From Candidatus Poribacteria bacterium (GTDB lineage: Bacteria > Poribacteria > WGA-4E > JAJDTR01), in the NCBI GenBank assembly GCA_965222225.1, contig CBDCTK010000002.1, positions 896,001 through 960,000 of the forward strand: a DNA stretch of 64,000 bases, given 5' to 3'. Position 1 is the first letter of the stretch; every line of letters begins with the position of its first letter. Of this stretch, positions 42,008-53,045 are shown one piece after another. The notes under the pieces are model-generated. The model was not told the DNA's origin. It made no database searches and was given only the letters and a program-made list of their open reading frames with translations. The translations under genes and the position numbers were made by a program.

Positions 42008-42225
42008 ATGTATAATCTTAGCGGAAAAGTTGCTTTAGTTACGGGCGCTGGTGGTGAACACGGAATTGGACGCGCCATTGCAACTCGTCTTGCCAGGGAG
42101 GGAGCCGATGTCGTAGTTAATGACATCGCCACCCCGCCGTCAAACGCGACAGGTTGGGGTGGTCTGCCGGAAGTCGTCCGCGAAATCCAGGCGCTAGGCA
42201 GGCAATCCATAGAGATTAGTTTCTG
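42008..42225 (+). pseudogene. N-terminal SDR fragment
   Basis: MYNLSGKVALVTGAGGEHGIGRAIA..LAREGADVVVND. Ends abruptly. Confidence 0.85.
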
Positions 42226-42469
42226 CTTATAAGCCGTTGAGAACTGGGTCTCTAGCACATTTGGAGATGTTCGGCACACACGCCTTCCTAGCTACCTTAC
42301 GTGGGTCGTCATCCGCCGAATCGGAATCGGCCCTCCGGAGATTCCGACGGCTCTTGAGAGAATACTTGGTCTGGATCAGCGATTTTCTAAGATCAGGATG
42401 CACAAAAGTGTCCAAGAGGTCGGCGGATAGTGCAAACGTATCTGATAAAACGATACGAAGGCGCGTAAA

Positions 42470-43257
42470 ACACTGTCGCCTTCGCAGCCCCAGATAAGCC
42501 CACTCTCTTCGTAGAGCATATTTCACGCCAGGCATGGCGTTGCATCCGAAAAATGGGACTCGTTAAGACAGTTGATGCCCACTGCTTTGATGCTTTCGTC
42601 TTTTTCAACTTCCTGCTTTACGGCAATATAGACCTTAATCGCGCTGTAGAGCGCCCTCTTGGAGAGTTCGCTGCTAACGTTCAGTTTTGATTGACACCCT
42701 TTCCATGCTGCTTCTGCTTCCTCATCGGGGAGCTGTTTGGCTCTGGCACCCAGCTCCTCAAAGCTCTTCTTCACGAGCGTAAAGCCAAACTTGTCAGTCA
42801 TTCGCTGGACACATTCATCCTCCCACCAGTAGAAGCGTTTGAATATGCTGTCTTGGAAGCCTGATTCGGCTGGTTTGTCCTGGAATACAAGGAACCTGGT
42901 CTGCCTCAGGTCGCTTTTCACACCAAACCCTCGGCAGACCTTTTTGGCCTGTTCCAGATTACACGGAGCAATAGTCTCTACCCCTTCGGTTCTCAGATAG
43001 CTGGCGATCTCCCAATCCCACATGGAAATTGTTCCGAACTCAGATGCAACAATAAGCAGGGGAAGCCCAATCTGCTTAAAGTCTCCCCGAATTTGTGGAA
43101 AAACAACAGCCTCAGCGTCAGGAATGGGATCACCCAACGCCACGGGAGCTAGTATCTCTGCTTCTTCAGCAAGCAGATTCCTCAACGTGTTTACCTGATC
43201 GTCAAATCCACTATCTCTACCAGGATCAAAATAGACTGGAACCAATCGCGCTTTCAC
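42470..43257 (-). pseudogene. L-fucose/L-arabinose isomerase-like protein with an in-frame TGA at 42523-42525, 3' truncated
   Basis: SEFGTISMWDWE and GINCLNESHFSDATPCLA*NMLYEESGLIWGCEGD. Confidence 0.65.
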
Positions 43258-43328
43258 AATCCTTGTCCTTGCATAATGTAAGAGGCGAGCAATTAGCAGT
43301 GAACAATCGCTAATCACTCATAATAGGC

Positions 43329-44189
43329 TTACAGCTTCGCGCCTTGCTCTCGCAAGTAGTTGACACTCATCTCAACAGCCCGATCCTCTTCCCACTCTTC
43401 TCTCAGGCAGTCTAGCTCTACAGCGAGTACACCTTCATACCCCGCGTCCTTCAGAACTTTCATGACACCGGGTATATCCACGAGGCCTTTGCCTGCGGGG
43501 ACACTCTCCCAGAAATTCCACTCCTGGGGAGAACCGCCTCTCTTTGGACTTACATCCTTTATATGAGTGGCATAGATATGAGGAGCCAGTATCTTAGCCT
43601 CCTCCACTGGGTCCTCAAACAGGCGCAGGGCGTTGCCAGTATCGAAGTTTACCCCCAAATTCTTGGAGCCGACTCTATTTATCAGATCGAGGATCTCACT
43701 TGCGGTATAGTCAATGTGGTTTTCTATGGCAATGATGACACCTTTGTCCTCTGCCACCTTCACCGCTTCTTTCAGCATCTGTGTCAGCTTCTTCAGTTGA
43801 GGCTCATGCGGCTCGTACCTGAACATCAGGCTGCTCCCGACCATTCTCATGATCCTGGAACCACCCATGAACTGGGCAGTATCTATCATCTTGATCATGT
43901 CTTTGAGGGCTTCGTCGTTCTTACCAGCTTCAAGACCATCTGGATGTCCCCATGCCACTACCCTGTCCATGTTAGCCTCATCCAGGATGTCCTTTATCTT
44001 CTTCAGATAGTCTTCTTCAAAACTTGGAATAAAGCACGTCTCCAAAGACACGCCGTCTATTTTGAGCTCAATGGCTCTTTTAATGAAATCTTCCAATGAC
44101 CACGTCTTTCCGGGGTCTTTCTGGAAATCGTATACTTCGCCAAAGTAACGATGGTAGCAGTAGCTATCAATTCCGACCTTCATTTGCAT
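43329..44189 (-). CDS. Sugar phosphate isomerase/epimerase (TIM barrel)
   Basis: IENHID, NFDTGN, THIKD and GYEG.LAVE. Confidence 0.92.
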   Translation of the reverse strand: MQMKVGIDSYCYHRYFGEVYDFQKDPGKTWSLEDFIKRAIELKIDGVSLETCFIPSFEEDYLKKIKDILDEANMDRVVAWGHPDGLEAGKNDEALKDMIKMIDTAQFMGGSRIMRMVGSSLMFRYEPHEPQLKKLTQMLKEAVKVAEDKGVIIAIENHIDYTASEILDLINRVGSKNLGVNFDTGNALRLFEDPVEEAKILAPHIYATHIKDVSPKRGGSPQEWNFWESVPAGKGLVDIPGVMKVLKDAGYEGVLAVELDCLREEWEEDRAVEMSVNYLREQGAKL

Positions 44190-44209
44190 CCTTCCTGAGC
44201 TTTGCTGCT

Positions 44210-45370
44210 CTATAGAACGACTTTCGCGCCTTTCTCAGCGGACTCCATAACAGCGTCCATTACCTGCTGATTCCTCAAGCCATCATAGAAATTCGGCTCA
44301 GGCATAGTATCCTCTGCTATGCATTTTAAGAAATCCGACAACTGATTAACGAAGGTATGTTCGTATCCAATAATATGTCCCGGCGGCCACCATTCGCTGA
44401 TATACGGATGGCACTCCTCTGTAGCGAGGATCCTTCTGAACCCCTGAGTATAATCCGCTTCCTCTCGCGAGAAATACTGGAGTTCATTCATGCTCTCAAA
44501 GTTGAAGCAGAGGCTTCCCTTGCTTCCATATATCTCGAAGCTGTTGTAGTTCTTTTTGCCAGAAGCGAATCTAGTGGACTCAAAAGACCCCACAGTTCCA
44601 TTCTCAAACTCAGCGAGGAACGAAGTAGTATCATCTACTGTCACCTCTCCCATGCTTTCGCCTGCTTCTGCCGTCAACATGGTCTTGAGTTCGTCGCTCT
44701 CGCTTGGCAGAGGCCGTTTCTTGATGAAAGTGTGCGCCATTCCAAGCACAGTCTTTATCTCACCTACAAGATACCTGGCGAGATCGATCAGATGAGAGTT
44801 TAGATCCCCGTGCGCTCCTGCTCCTGCTATTTCCTTTCTCAGCTTCCATATCAGCGGGAAGTCCTCGTCCACTATCCAATCCTGGAGATAGCACGCCCGT
44901 CAGTGGAATATTCTCCCTATCCTGCCTTCTTCTATCAGCCTTTTCGCCAAGCCGATGGCTGGCACGCGCCGATAGTTGAAGCCGATCATGTGCTTGACGC
45001 CCGCTTTCTTGACTGCGTCCAGCATCTCCTGGGCTTCCTGGGCGTTCATGGCCATAGGTTTCTCCAGAAGGACGTGTTTGCCAGCCTCGGCGGCTGCTAC
45101 AGCGATATCGCGGTGTGTATTCTGCGGCGAAGATATATCCACTAGGTCTATATCATCCCTTTTGACGATATCCTCCCATGAAGTATCATATTCCTCCCAA
45201 CCCCAGGCTTCTGCGGCCTCCTCAAGCGGAGCTTCGTGCCGGCCGCAGATCACCTTCATGACAGGCTTATACTCGCCCTTGAAAAAGAAGTCCACTCTCT
45301 TGTATGCATTGGTATGAGCTTTACCCATGAACTTATAGCCGATTAGTGCCACATTGATTGGTTTGGCCAT
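44210..45370 (-). pseudogene. Gfo/Idh/MocA oxidoreductase with an in-frame TGA at 44900-44902
   Basis: IGYKFMGKAH, LEKPMA, GFNYRR and GRIFH*RACYLQDW...GDLNSHLIDLARYL, all in one frame. Confidence 0.9.
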
Positions 45371-45605
45371 ATCTAAGCCTCCTTAACGTGATGGAGTAGC
45401 AGGCTTCAGCCTTCGTTAAGGGACGCCATTTCTGTACACTTAAGGGGAATAGCCCGCTTTTTGCTTTGGCTATCGCGTCGCACAGGAGATTCACGCTGAC
45501 TTCGTATCGCAGATAGGCGCAGATAAGATCAAAAGATCAGCGAAAATCAGCTTGCGTAGGAACACGGCAAAGAAAGATGGTTCGCTAATTCTCACAGGTA
45601 CCAAT

Positions 45606-45633
45606 ATGGGGACAATCCCCCATACCCCTGAAG
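45606..45633 (+). repeat. Dispersed short repeat ATGGGGAmAATCCCCCATrCCCCTGAAGA (second copy at 48163-48191)
   Basis: Two near-identical hairpin-containing copies in separate intergenic regions. Confidence 0.7.
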
Positions 45634-45914
45634 AGCTGATGAACGCTGATAAAGAAATCAAGAAATCAGCGTTACGAAGTCCGCGCAGATCAGCGGGCCA
45701 TTCTTCCTATTTCTATAAGCTTCGGCTAATTTCATTGACCTTTACCCCTGTTGTTTTTGTAGCCTAATCTTTTCAGTCATAGTACTAATACCTGTGACCC
45801 TACTTTGCAACCCCTACAGCTACTATATTCTCAGGATTTTCTCCGCTCACAGAACGGGAAAATTGACCTGAAGAGGTGTCACGGATAAATGACAGCTAAA
45901 GTATACCATATTGT

Positions 45915-46699
45915 GGTAGTCCTAAAACAATTAAGGATGCATTGTAATGATGAACAAAGAGCCAAATGGCGCCGATATGATTCTCCAGCTTCTTGGAAAA
46001 GGAGAGTGTTTTTCGAACCAGTCGGCTGATCCTTTGCCTGATGGTGCAATTAAAGCGCTCGATATAACTGGTTTGGCCGGTTTCTTTGCCAACTGGACGA
46101 TGTCGTTTGCTGGGAATGACAGTCTGATAGGCTTCCCAGAAATCGGTGTAACAGACGGCACATTGCCGATAAACAGGAGTTATCGACGCCCATAATTGTC
46201 TGGCCCCATCTCGATCGCGGCTACCAACATGTACGCCAACAATCAGATGGCTTTCGATATCTATGGCCAGCCAGATCCATTGTTTGTTCTTCTTGTGACC
46301 CACAAACGACCACATTTCATCACATTGTAGGGTTAAGCGTCCCTTTTTTTTCAATTTCCACTTTGTGGGCAACGGCTTGATACTTCTGGTTCACATATTT
46401 TTGCAGCCAGACCTCAGACACACCGACGACTCTAGCAATACCCGCGAGTGGGATTTTTTCCAACAACAGCTTGTCCACGAGAGCTTTGGTTTCTTGTGAA
46501 ATCCGTTTCTGTTGTGGATTTTTACAAATTGTCTGCCGCATTTTGGGCATTTGAAATTCTGTTTCCCATTATGGATTCGCCCATTCTTAACGACACGCTT
46601 ACTGTTACAACTGGGACAGTTTGGCACCCTAAAGTTCCTCCAAATTCAGTGATATACATTTAGGATACCATATTTGATCCTTACATGTTAGGCACTACC
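45915..46699 (-). mobile_element. IS1-family element with an 8-bp target-site duplication
   Basis: IRs GGTAGTCCTAAA / GGTAGTGCCTAA. CATATTGT at 45907-45914 and 46700-46707. InsA CPSC...CPKC with an extra frameshift at ~46520, an A8G slippery site at ~46343-46351, and InsB CDEMWSFV...YTD.W...IERFN. Confidence 0.95.
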
Positions 46700-46789
46700 C
46701 ATATTGTGCCAATCATTTAGGAGGGCAGGTGTGCGATCTTGACAGTCTTCACGAAATGGAATTTGAGTGACGTAAAGAACAAGAGATTA

Positions 46790-47581
46790 TCAACAGTCAG
46801 CGTCTATCTGGTGGATTCCATGCCAATCCCTCCACATATCCTCACAAGGGGGCTCATCGGTTGTTTTTTCGAGGTCTTTTTTGCAGAAGTCGTACAACAC
46901 CGCTTTTCGGATGCGCTTCGACCGATTGTGACCCGCTGAATGGCCCAACCGGTGATGCCAAAAGATGATGTCGCCCGCTCCACCATGACAATCGACATAA
47001 GGTTGCTGGTTGAAGAAGGCAACATGTTTCTCATATTGCTCGGTCTGTTCGTTTCCATGTTGGGTGTGATAATCATAATAGAACGTCCGATGGCTCTTGG
47101 GCCAGACCCAAAATCCACCGCCGTTTGGAGGTACATCATCGATATATCCGACCACACCGAGGTGGAATGGGTGAGCATCAGTATGGCAGGTCACAGGTCT
47201 CTGTGGAATATTGCCTTCGGGAAGAAGGCAATAAATGCCACGAATTCGTTCCGGGACGACGAGATTACCTTCACCCAGAAGCTGCTCGGCCATTCCCCAA
47301 ATTGAAGGATCAGTCACAAGCATTCGCACAATCCAATCTTCACCACCGATTCCTTTATACTTCCAGCTATACTCGCTTCCCCTATTCCCCGTACCCTCCT
47401 CATTATACGTTTTAATTGGTCCGACCCATGTGTCGGGGTCATTGCAGTCAACTTCAGGCGGTGCATTTTCCCACAATCTTTCCCGTGCCCGAGCCATGAG
47501 ATTTTCATCCATAACCCTGCGTTTGATAAGATAGCCTTTCTTTTTGAAAAATCTGATTTCGTTGGGGGATAACCTCGTCAT
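46790..47581 (-). CDS. PhyH family dioxygenase
   Basis: FFKKKGY, CHTD, NGGGFWVWPKSH and AGDIIFWHHRLGH. Confidence 0.88.
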   Translation of the reverse strand: MTRLSPNEIRFFKKKGYLIKRRVMDENLMARARERLWENAPPEVDCNDPDTWVGPIKTYNEEGTGNRGSEYSWKYKGIGGEDWIVRMLVTDPSIWGMAEQLLGEGNLVVPERIRGIYCLLPEGNIPQRPVTCHTDAHPFHLGVVGYIDDVPPNGGGFWVWPKSHRTFYYDYHTQHGNEQTEQYEKHVAFFNQQPYVDCHGGAGDIIFWHHRLGHSAGHNRSKRIRKAVLYDFCKKDLEKTTDEPPCEDMWRDWHGIHQIDADC

Positions 47582-47593
47582 ACGTTTTGCACC

Positions 47594-47990
47594 TTATATC
47601 TTACAGATTACGCTTATGAGGTTAGGGCTCAGTTCCTCTGGCTCCCTTGCCACGCTGCTTATCCTTACCTCGTCCAGCCGTCCTATCCACTTGAGTGAAC
47701 GTTCGTTTCTGGCGCCAAGTACCAGGTCGCGTCCCTTGCCACCACTTACCCATATCTCTCCTTCATGTTCCTTTTCACCAACAAGCTCCCCGTTTACGTA
47801 CAGCTTCCCTCCTTCGTCTTTATGGTAAGTAGCGGCGATGTGATACCACTCATCCAGTTCAAGTTTATCTGGGCCAGTAATACTCATCCAGCCCTGTGGA
47901 TCCATAGCAGCATCAGTTCCAGTGTCCATGAGGATATCCGGCCATCCGCCATCCCTACTAGCTAGATGAAGTGGTCCACCATCACGCACA
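47594..47990 (-). pseudogene. LamG-like fragment lacking its N-terminus and sorting tail
   Basis: WYHIAATY....KLYVNG and GRLDEVRISSVAR. Confidence 0.75.
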
Positions 47991-48224
47991 CTACCCCAGC
48001 AGGGCAATCTGGGCAAAAGCATTTGTATGCAAGATAAGAATTACCGTTGCTACCAAGACGAAAGATTTAATCAAGCTCCCCAAAAATAGCATAATCTTTA
48101 CCTCCTCCGCATCGAGTGGCACTATCAAAAATTAAATGCCAATATTGGATTAAACCACTGACATGGGGAAAATCCCCCATGCCCCTGAAGAATAAAGCAC
48201 TTCTTGTTTTCTCTTTCACCTCCC

Positions 48225-50120
48225 CTAATACCACCATATAGCATACGTGGGCACTTTAAAAACAATGCCGATTATTGACCAAATACTTCCCATAGTAAAA
48301 TCGCCCAGAATCAATCCAGTGAAGAATGGGACAGCTCGTCTATGAAGTTTCAATCCCCCAAATCTGAGGATCGACCACTTAGCAAGCCAACTGAGGAATA
48401 TGGGGAACCACGTACAGCTAATTCCCCAACTGGCCGAGAGCGCGTAACCTGCAGGATGAAACAGCCACCAGACAAATCTGGTTCTCATAGCTGTAAGAAA
48501 TACTACAGCCAGGACTCCACTGGTCAGAAATCCTGCATCGGAAAGACTTGCATGAGTAGGATTGTTAATCCATCCTTGGAGCCTTCCGAAGGCCTCTCTT
48601 CCTAGCCATACAACGCTGTTTTCCATTCCAGTTTTGTAAGATATGTGCAAAAGAGCCCAGGCGGCGGACAATATACCTACTACTGTAGCAAATATAATCC
48701 CTAGCATCATTGTTCTGCTGCTCATATAAGCCCTTTCTGCAAGCTTGAATCCTTCCAGTTGATGTGGCATAGGGTCACTGTATCTAGCCCTATTCAGAAA
48801 CCAGAAAAATGAATACATGGTTAAGTTGTTGGGCCCAAGCATGCGCGTCCCCAATATCTGCGGTATCAGGTAGTCCGGGCCACCGGGAAGATCATGCACA
48901 ATGGGGCCAACTTCAGCTCGCATACGGGTAATGGACACGGCCAGGAGCAAATACATGGAGAAGAACAGGACGATAGCCCATACTGACATTCCCGCTGAGT
49001 AGAAAAATATCAGGATAAAGACCAATGCGCATATTAACCCAAGAACTGCTGTCCTGTATTTGAAGGGTTCGGTGGAATCGTCTAAATGTTCAGATCGTAA
49101 GTTTATGACTTTCTTGAACACGCAACTGATTTGACGCCTGCTCATCCAGAGAGCAACTAAGCCGAGACCCAGGAACCCGCCTGATGTCTGTTCTAAGATT
49201 ATTGGTTGATAATAACCAGCGCCCGCGCCCTTATACCCCACAAATGAAAAGAAGATCATCTGAACTTTCCAGAACAGGTAGAAGAACCAGAGGGAAAACG
49301 AAAGATCCAATGGTATAAAGAACGCCATACCTATGGCGAAAGGGAAAAATCCTACTGGAGTCCAACCTATTGCGTTCCATGGCTTCTCCACAAAGTAATG
49401 ACCGATCTCGTAAAGCTTGACGTGGAGATAGGGAACGGAGGGGAAAAGAGTATGCAACCCATTGATCAGATCTACAACTGCAACTATGGCAAAACCTATC
49501 CACATCACTTTGTTTTTGAAGAAATTCGGCATCCCGCCGGCCATCTCGTAGGGAAGCTGGATTATTGGATATGTTAGTTTCTCTCTTTCTACCCATTGCT
49601 TTCTGAGTATTATATTGATGCAGAGCATCGCGAAGAGGAGAGCGAATATGAACCCTCCCCATGCCAGCATAGGCCCGGCCCATGCCTTGATATACTTCAA
49701 TGCATAAAATGTTGAATCACCTTCGTAATACGGTTTGAGAACGCTCTTATCACTTACGGAGAGCCAATCGGGAATATGTCGCCAAAAGAGGTTCTCCCAA
49801 TCATTCTCTGGTGTCGCAAACCAGAAAGCGTGCCCCATGGTGGAGATCAAGTTCTGCGTCATCGCATGGGCAGCGATGCACGAGGATATACACAGGATTG
49901 TGTATAGTATTAGCAGTTCGCGTGTACCTAGCGCAAAACGTCGAAAATATCTCTTCAGAATCAGGTTTACTGCGGCTAGGATTGATATTATGAAAACTAC
50001 ATTGGAATAGAGCGAAACTGTGGTGGGATAAGGTACAAACCGCACCGCCTCCGTCTGCATAATCCAATAACTGTTTATTGGAATTAAAAGAACCGCGAGT
50101 ATTAGAGCACGGAGTGTCAT
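48225..50120 (-). CDS. DUF6785/DUF6784-type polytopic membrane protein (paralog of 23737-25686)
   Basis: TLRAL, RKQWVEREKLTYPIIQLP, RMRAEVGP, PMPHQLEGFKLAE and HPAGYALS. Confidence 0.8.
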   Translation of the reverse strand: MTLRALILAVLLIPINSYWIMQTEAVRFVPYPTTVSLYSNVVFIISILAAVNLILKRYFRRFALGTRELLILYTILCISSCIAAHAMTQNLISTMGHAFWFATPENDWENLFWRHIPDWLSVSDKSVLKPYYEGDSTFYALKYIKAWAGPMLAWGGFIFALLFAMLCINIILRKQWVEREKLTYPIIQLPYEMAGGMPNFFKNKVMWIGFAIVAVVDLINGLHTLFPSVPYLHVKLYEIGHYFVEKPWNAIGWTPVGFFPFAIGMAFFIPLDLSFSLWFFYLFWKVQMIFFSFVGYKGAGAGYYQPIILEQTSGGFLGLGLVALWMSRRQISCVFKKVINLRSEHLDDSTEPFKYRTAVLGLICALVFILIFFYSAGMSVWAIVLFFSMYLLLAVSITRMRAEVGPIVHDLPGGPDYLIPQILGTRMLGPNNLTMYSFFWFLNRARYSDPMPHQLEGFKLAERAYMSSRTMMLGIIFATVVGILSAAWALLHISYKTGMENSVVWLGREAFGRLQGWINNPTHASLSDAGFLTSGVLAVVFLTAMRTRFVWWLFHPAGYALSASWGISCTWFPIFLSWLAKWSILRFGGLKLHRRAVPFFTGLILGDFTMGSIWSIIGIVFKVPTYAIWWY

Positions 50121-50445
50121 ATGGACAAGCCAGTAGGGGGTTTTTGCATATCCCCCCGAAAAGGTACATTGAGGGGATCAAACGATTAGAGCGTATACCA
50201 TAGCGGGATTTATGTTGCCTTGATTTCTCCTTTGTTTATGCGGTTATTGCTACATTTGAGCCAGAAGTTAACCGACATGAGTCTCAGAAAGCCTACATTT
50301 TGAGAAGGTCAGATTCCGTGTCTCATTAAATGTCTCATAATTCGATTCTCAGATCGTCTAAGAAATAATGAAACATCAGATGGTTACAGGGCGGAACTCA
50401 TGATCGCTTCGGGAACGCATTCCCCTAGTGCACCTTTTCGTGGGT

Positions 50446-50769
50446 TTATGCAAAAAAACCCGTCTTGCCTGGCGCTTTGAGCCACATTTCCACGGTCATG
50501 GCGGTTGGCCCGGTTAGATCTGGCGAACCCGGCACAAGTGCCATATCAGGCTCACCGCCAAGTTCCAGAGCCATACCATACTTGCCTTCTACCCAACCAA
50601 CATCACCTTCAATGGTACCATGGTGCCCATTGCCGCTGCTGTCCTTCAGTGTTATCCCACCTCCTTCATCACACAGCCAGAGAGCGATAGTCTCTGCCCT
50701 CGCCAAAGCGGAGAAGCGCATCACCGGTCCTGCTGCCAATAGTCCAAATGTTGAGTTCCTCCGCCACAT
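50446..50769 (-). pseudogene. N-terminal LamG-like fragment
   Basis: RBS GAGGAGG and ALWLCDEGGG..LKDSSGNGHHG...WVEGKYG.ALE. Truncated after MTVEMWLK. Confidence 0.78.
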
Positions 50770-50861
50770 GCTACCACCTCCTCGTCTAATAGGCTGCGAC
50801 TGTCGCAGGGACGGAAAACGGCACCCTAATCCGGATGAGCAGCCGCTTGCTCTTCTGAAAT

Positions 50862-51890
50862 TCATGAGATTCTCGTCCAATCGAAAACCACGCTCTGATA
50901 TTTTTCTTTCTCATTCAAAAGGCCAAGATATCCCGATTCTGCATCTTCTGGGGACAGCAAATGACTTCGCAGTGGAGTGACATTGATCTGCTTTCGTGCC
51001 AGGAGGTTCATTGCATGTTGGAGGTTCTGTAAGACACTTCCACGTGCGAAATTGGTTGGGCGTGTGGGTACCTCCCATTCCGAGCCGCCCCGTATATGCA
51101 AAGTGTTGTTGAAAACAGGTTGTAACAGTTCCGACATACTAAACTTGGTACTACTAAGCCATGGCACACCAACGAGAACTATCTCAGCTCCGATGGCTGC
51201 AATGTCGGTAGCACCTTTCACCGCGCTGGCTGTGCCACTTGTATCCACCACCAGCTTGCACGGCACTGATCCAAGTTCCTCACTCCATCCCGCCGCCAAG
51301 TCACCATCTGGCGAGAGTGTGTGCCGCAGACCACAAGCTTCAGCCAGATTTCGGCGCAGTTCCATAGGTTCGATGCCTATCACCTCATATCCTGATGCCT
51401 GAAATACCTGCGCTGCCGTGTTGCCCACAACTCCCAATCCGAAAACCGCCACACCATCACCGGGTCGTGCAGTTGTGGTGCGGAGAGTTGTCATACTTAC
51501 GCTGCAAAATCTAACGTACACAGCATCCTCTGGCAGAACAGAGTCAGGAACTTTCACAAGAAGCGCGCGTTTGCTATCCACACGGTGATGAGAAGCGTGC
51601 CCCACTGGTGAAAATACTATGTCTCCGACCCGGAAGCCCGTTACTTCATCCCCCGCCGCTACTATCTTTCCTACCGCAGCATATCCTGAACCAGCGGGGT
51701 ATGGCTCGCCCTTCCAGTGACCTATATCCTGGTTATTTGTCAACCGGGCCAATTCCGTACCCGAACTGACACCCGAATATAATGTCTCTATCACCAGTTC
51801 AGATTCGCCGGGTGGGCTATCATCGAATTCGTAAGTATCCAATACAACGCGCAGCTTCTCGGGAAACATAACCCGGTATGCTTTTTTCAT
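50862..51890 (-). CDS. Zinc-binding (MDR) alcohol dehydrogenase family
   Basis: SGVSSGTEL, GYAAVG and FGLGVVG. Confidence 0.9.
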   Translation of the reverse strand: MKKAYRVMFPEKLRVVLDTYEFDDSPPGESELVIETLYSGVSSGTELARLTNNQDIGHWKGEPYPAGSGYAAVGKIVAAGDEVTGFRVGDIVFSPVGHASHHRVDSKRALLVKVPDSVLPEDAVYVRFCSVSMTTLRTTTARPGDGVAVFGLGVVGNTAAQVFQASGYEVIGIEPMELRRNLAEACGLRHTLSPDGDLAAGWSEELGSVPCKLVVDTSGTASAVKGATDIAAIGAEIVLVGVPWLSSTKFSMSELLQPVFNNTLHIRGGSEWEVPTRPTNFARGSVLQNLQHAMNLLARKQINVTPLRSHLLSPEDAESGYLGLLNEKEKYQSVVFDWTRIS

Positions 51891-51897
51891 TTTTCCA

Positions 51898-52246
51898 CCT
51901 TCTTGTTCGGGTAAGGGCATAGGGATCAGGGGTTTCCCTATTCCCTTCCGGCCTCCATCCCCTCAAGCATCTTGAAAGGAAGGCAATACTCTTTCGCAAA
52001 CCTGAGAACTCCTCTTCTCTACCTTCGAACTCTATCATCCAGTAGCCACCGAAGCCTGTCTTCTTTACTATGTTCACGAGCCTGGCAGTATCCCATTCCG
52101 GTTGTTCACCATTCTCGTCGAAGTCATGCATCTTCGGGTGGATCTGCTTGGCAAAAGGAGCCACTTTTTCTATGGCTTGATAGCGAATATCTGCCCGAAA
52201 ATTGCCGAAGTCGGGCACCGTTCCGATGTGATCACCATTAATTCTC
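51898..52246 (-). pseudogene. Near-identical duplicate of 33805-34153 (3' half of the isomerase gene plus downstream hairpin), 5' truncated by IS1
   Basis: Direct comparison shows only a few substitutions. Protein PDFGNFRADIRYQAIEKVAPFAKQIHPK... Confidence 0.95.
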
Positions 52247-53045
52247 GAGAGTGTTCACACAAAGATAGATAAGGCAATCTTCTGATATCGACGGAAGACC
52301 TCTGGGTCGCTCAAAGCAGTCCATAACTTCATGGCATTGTCCACCATCTCAAGTTTCTTGGATACTATTTTGGTGCGGCGTGTGAATCGTCCAAGATGAT
52401 GGCGTGTATTGCTGTTATCACGTTCGACTGTTGCTGTCCCTGATTTCCCGATGTGATGACGCTCCGCAGGAAGTACCTTGCCAAACGCTTCCCAATTGTC
52501 AGTGTAATACTGGCAATCGCTCAAGTGTTTCACTTTGTCGAATAGCCGTCTGAAAGTATGAGCATCACGACCACCGATAACCCAGGCAACGGTTTTGCCT
52601 GTTTCACGAGAAACTGCTTTGTGAATCCATCTTTTGTTTTTTTTGACCCGATAAAATGCCACATCTCATCAAATTCCAATTCACGGGTATTGATTGGAAT
52701 CTCAGGCTCCGACAACAGGGCTGCTTCCTTTGCAAGCCATTTTTGAACGGTGCTTGCGATACATTAAACAAGTTACCAATAGTGCCATAAGATGCTTTTG
52801 CAAGCGAGTAAAGAATTACTGCAAAAGCACGCTTGATGGTGGTTTGAGGGTTGGTTCTCTCGTCTCCCTCAACGAAATTATAACCGCACGTTTTACAACG
52901 GTATCGCTGTTTGGAACGAACGAATCCGTTTTTCGTGACTTCCGAACTATGACAGTTCTTACAGTTTGACATAATATCTCCTTCCTGACCTTTCTGGTTA
53001 GTTAGAAGAGTTATATCATAAATCTATCTATATGGCAATACTCTC
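52247..53045 (-). mobile_element. Second IS1-family element (distinct from 45915-46699)
   Basis: IRs GAGAGTGTTC / GAGAGTATTG. InsA CKNC...CKTC, FDEMWHFI, an A8C frameshift motif at ~52636-52644, YTDNW and VERDN. No TSD, and both flanking genes are truncated. Confidence 0.9.

Noticed and set aside
42226-42476. Possible IS4-like remnant between the SDR and isomerase fragments
   Set aside because: It has an end-like sequence (CAGTGTTTTACGCGCC) but no recognisable transposase motif or partner IR.
45495-45700. GCAGAT/ATCAGCG low-complexity repeats and the 71-aa ORF 45552-45767
   Set aside because: Degenerate REP-like intergenic sequence. The ORF has no RBS or recognisable motif.
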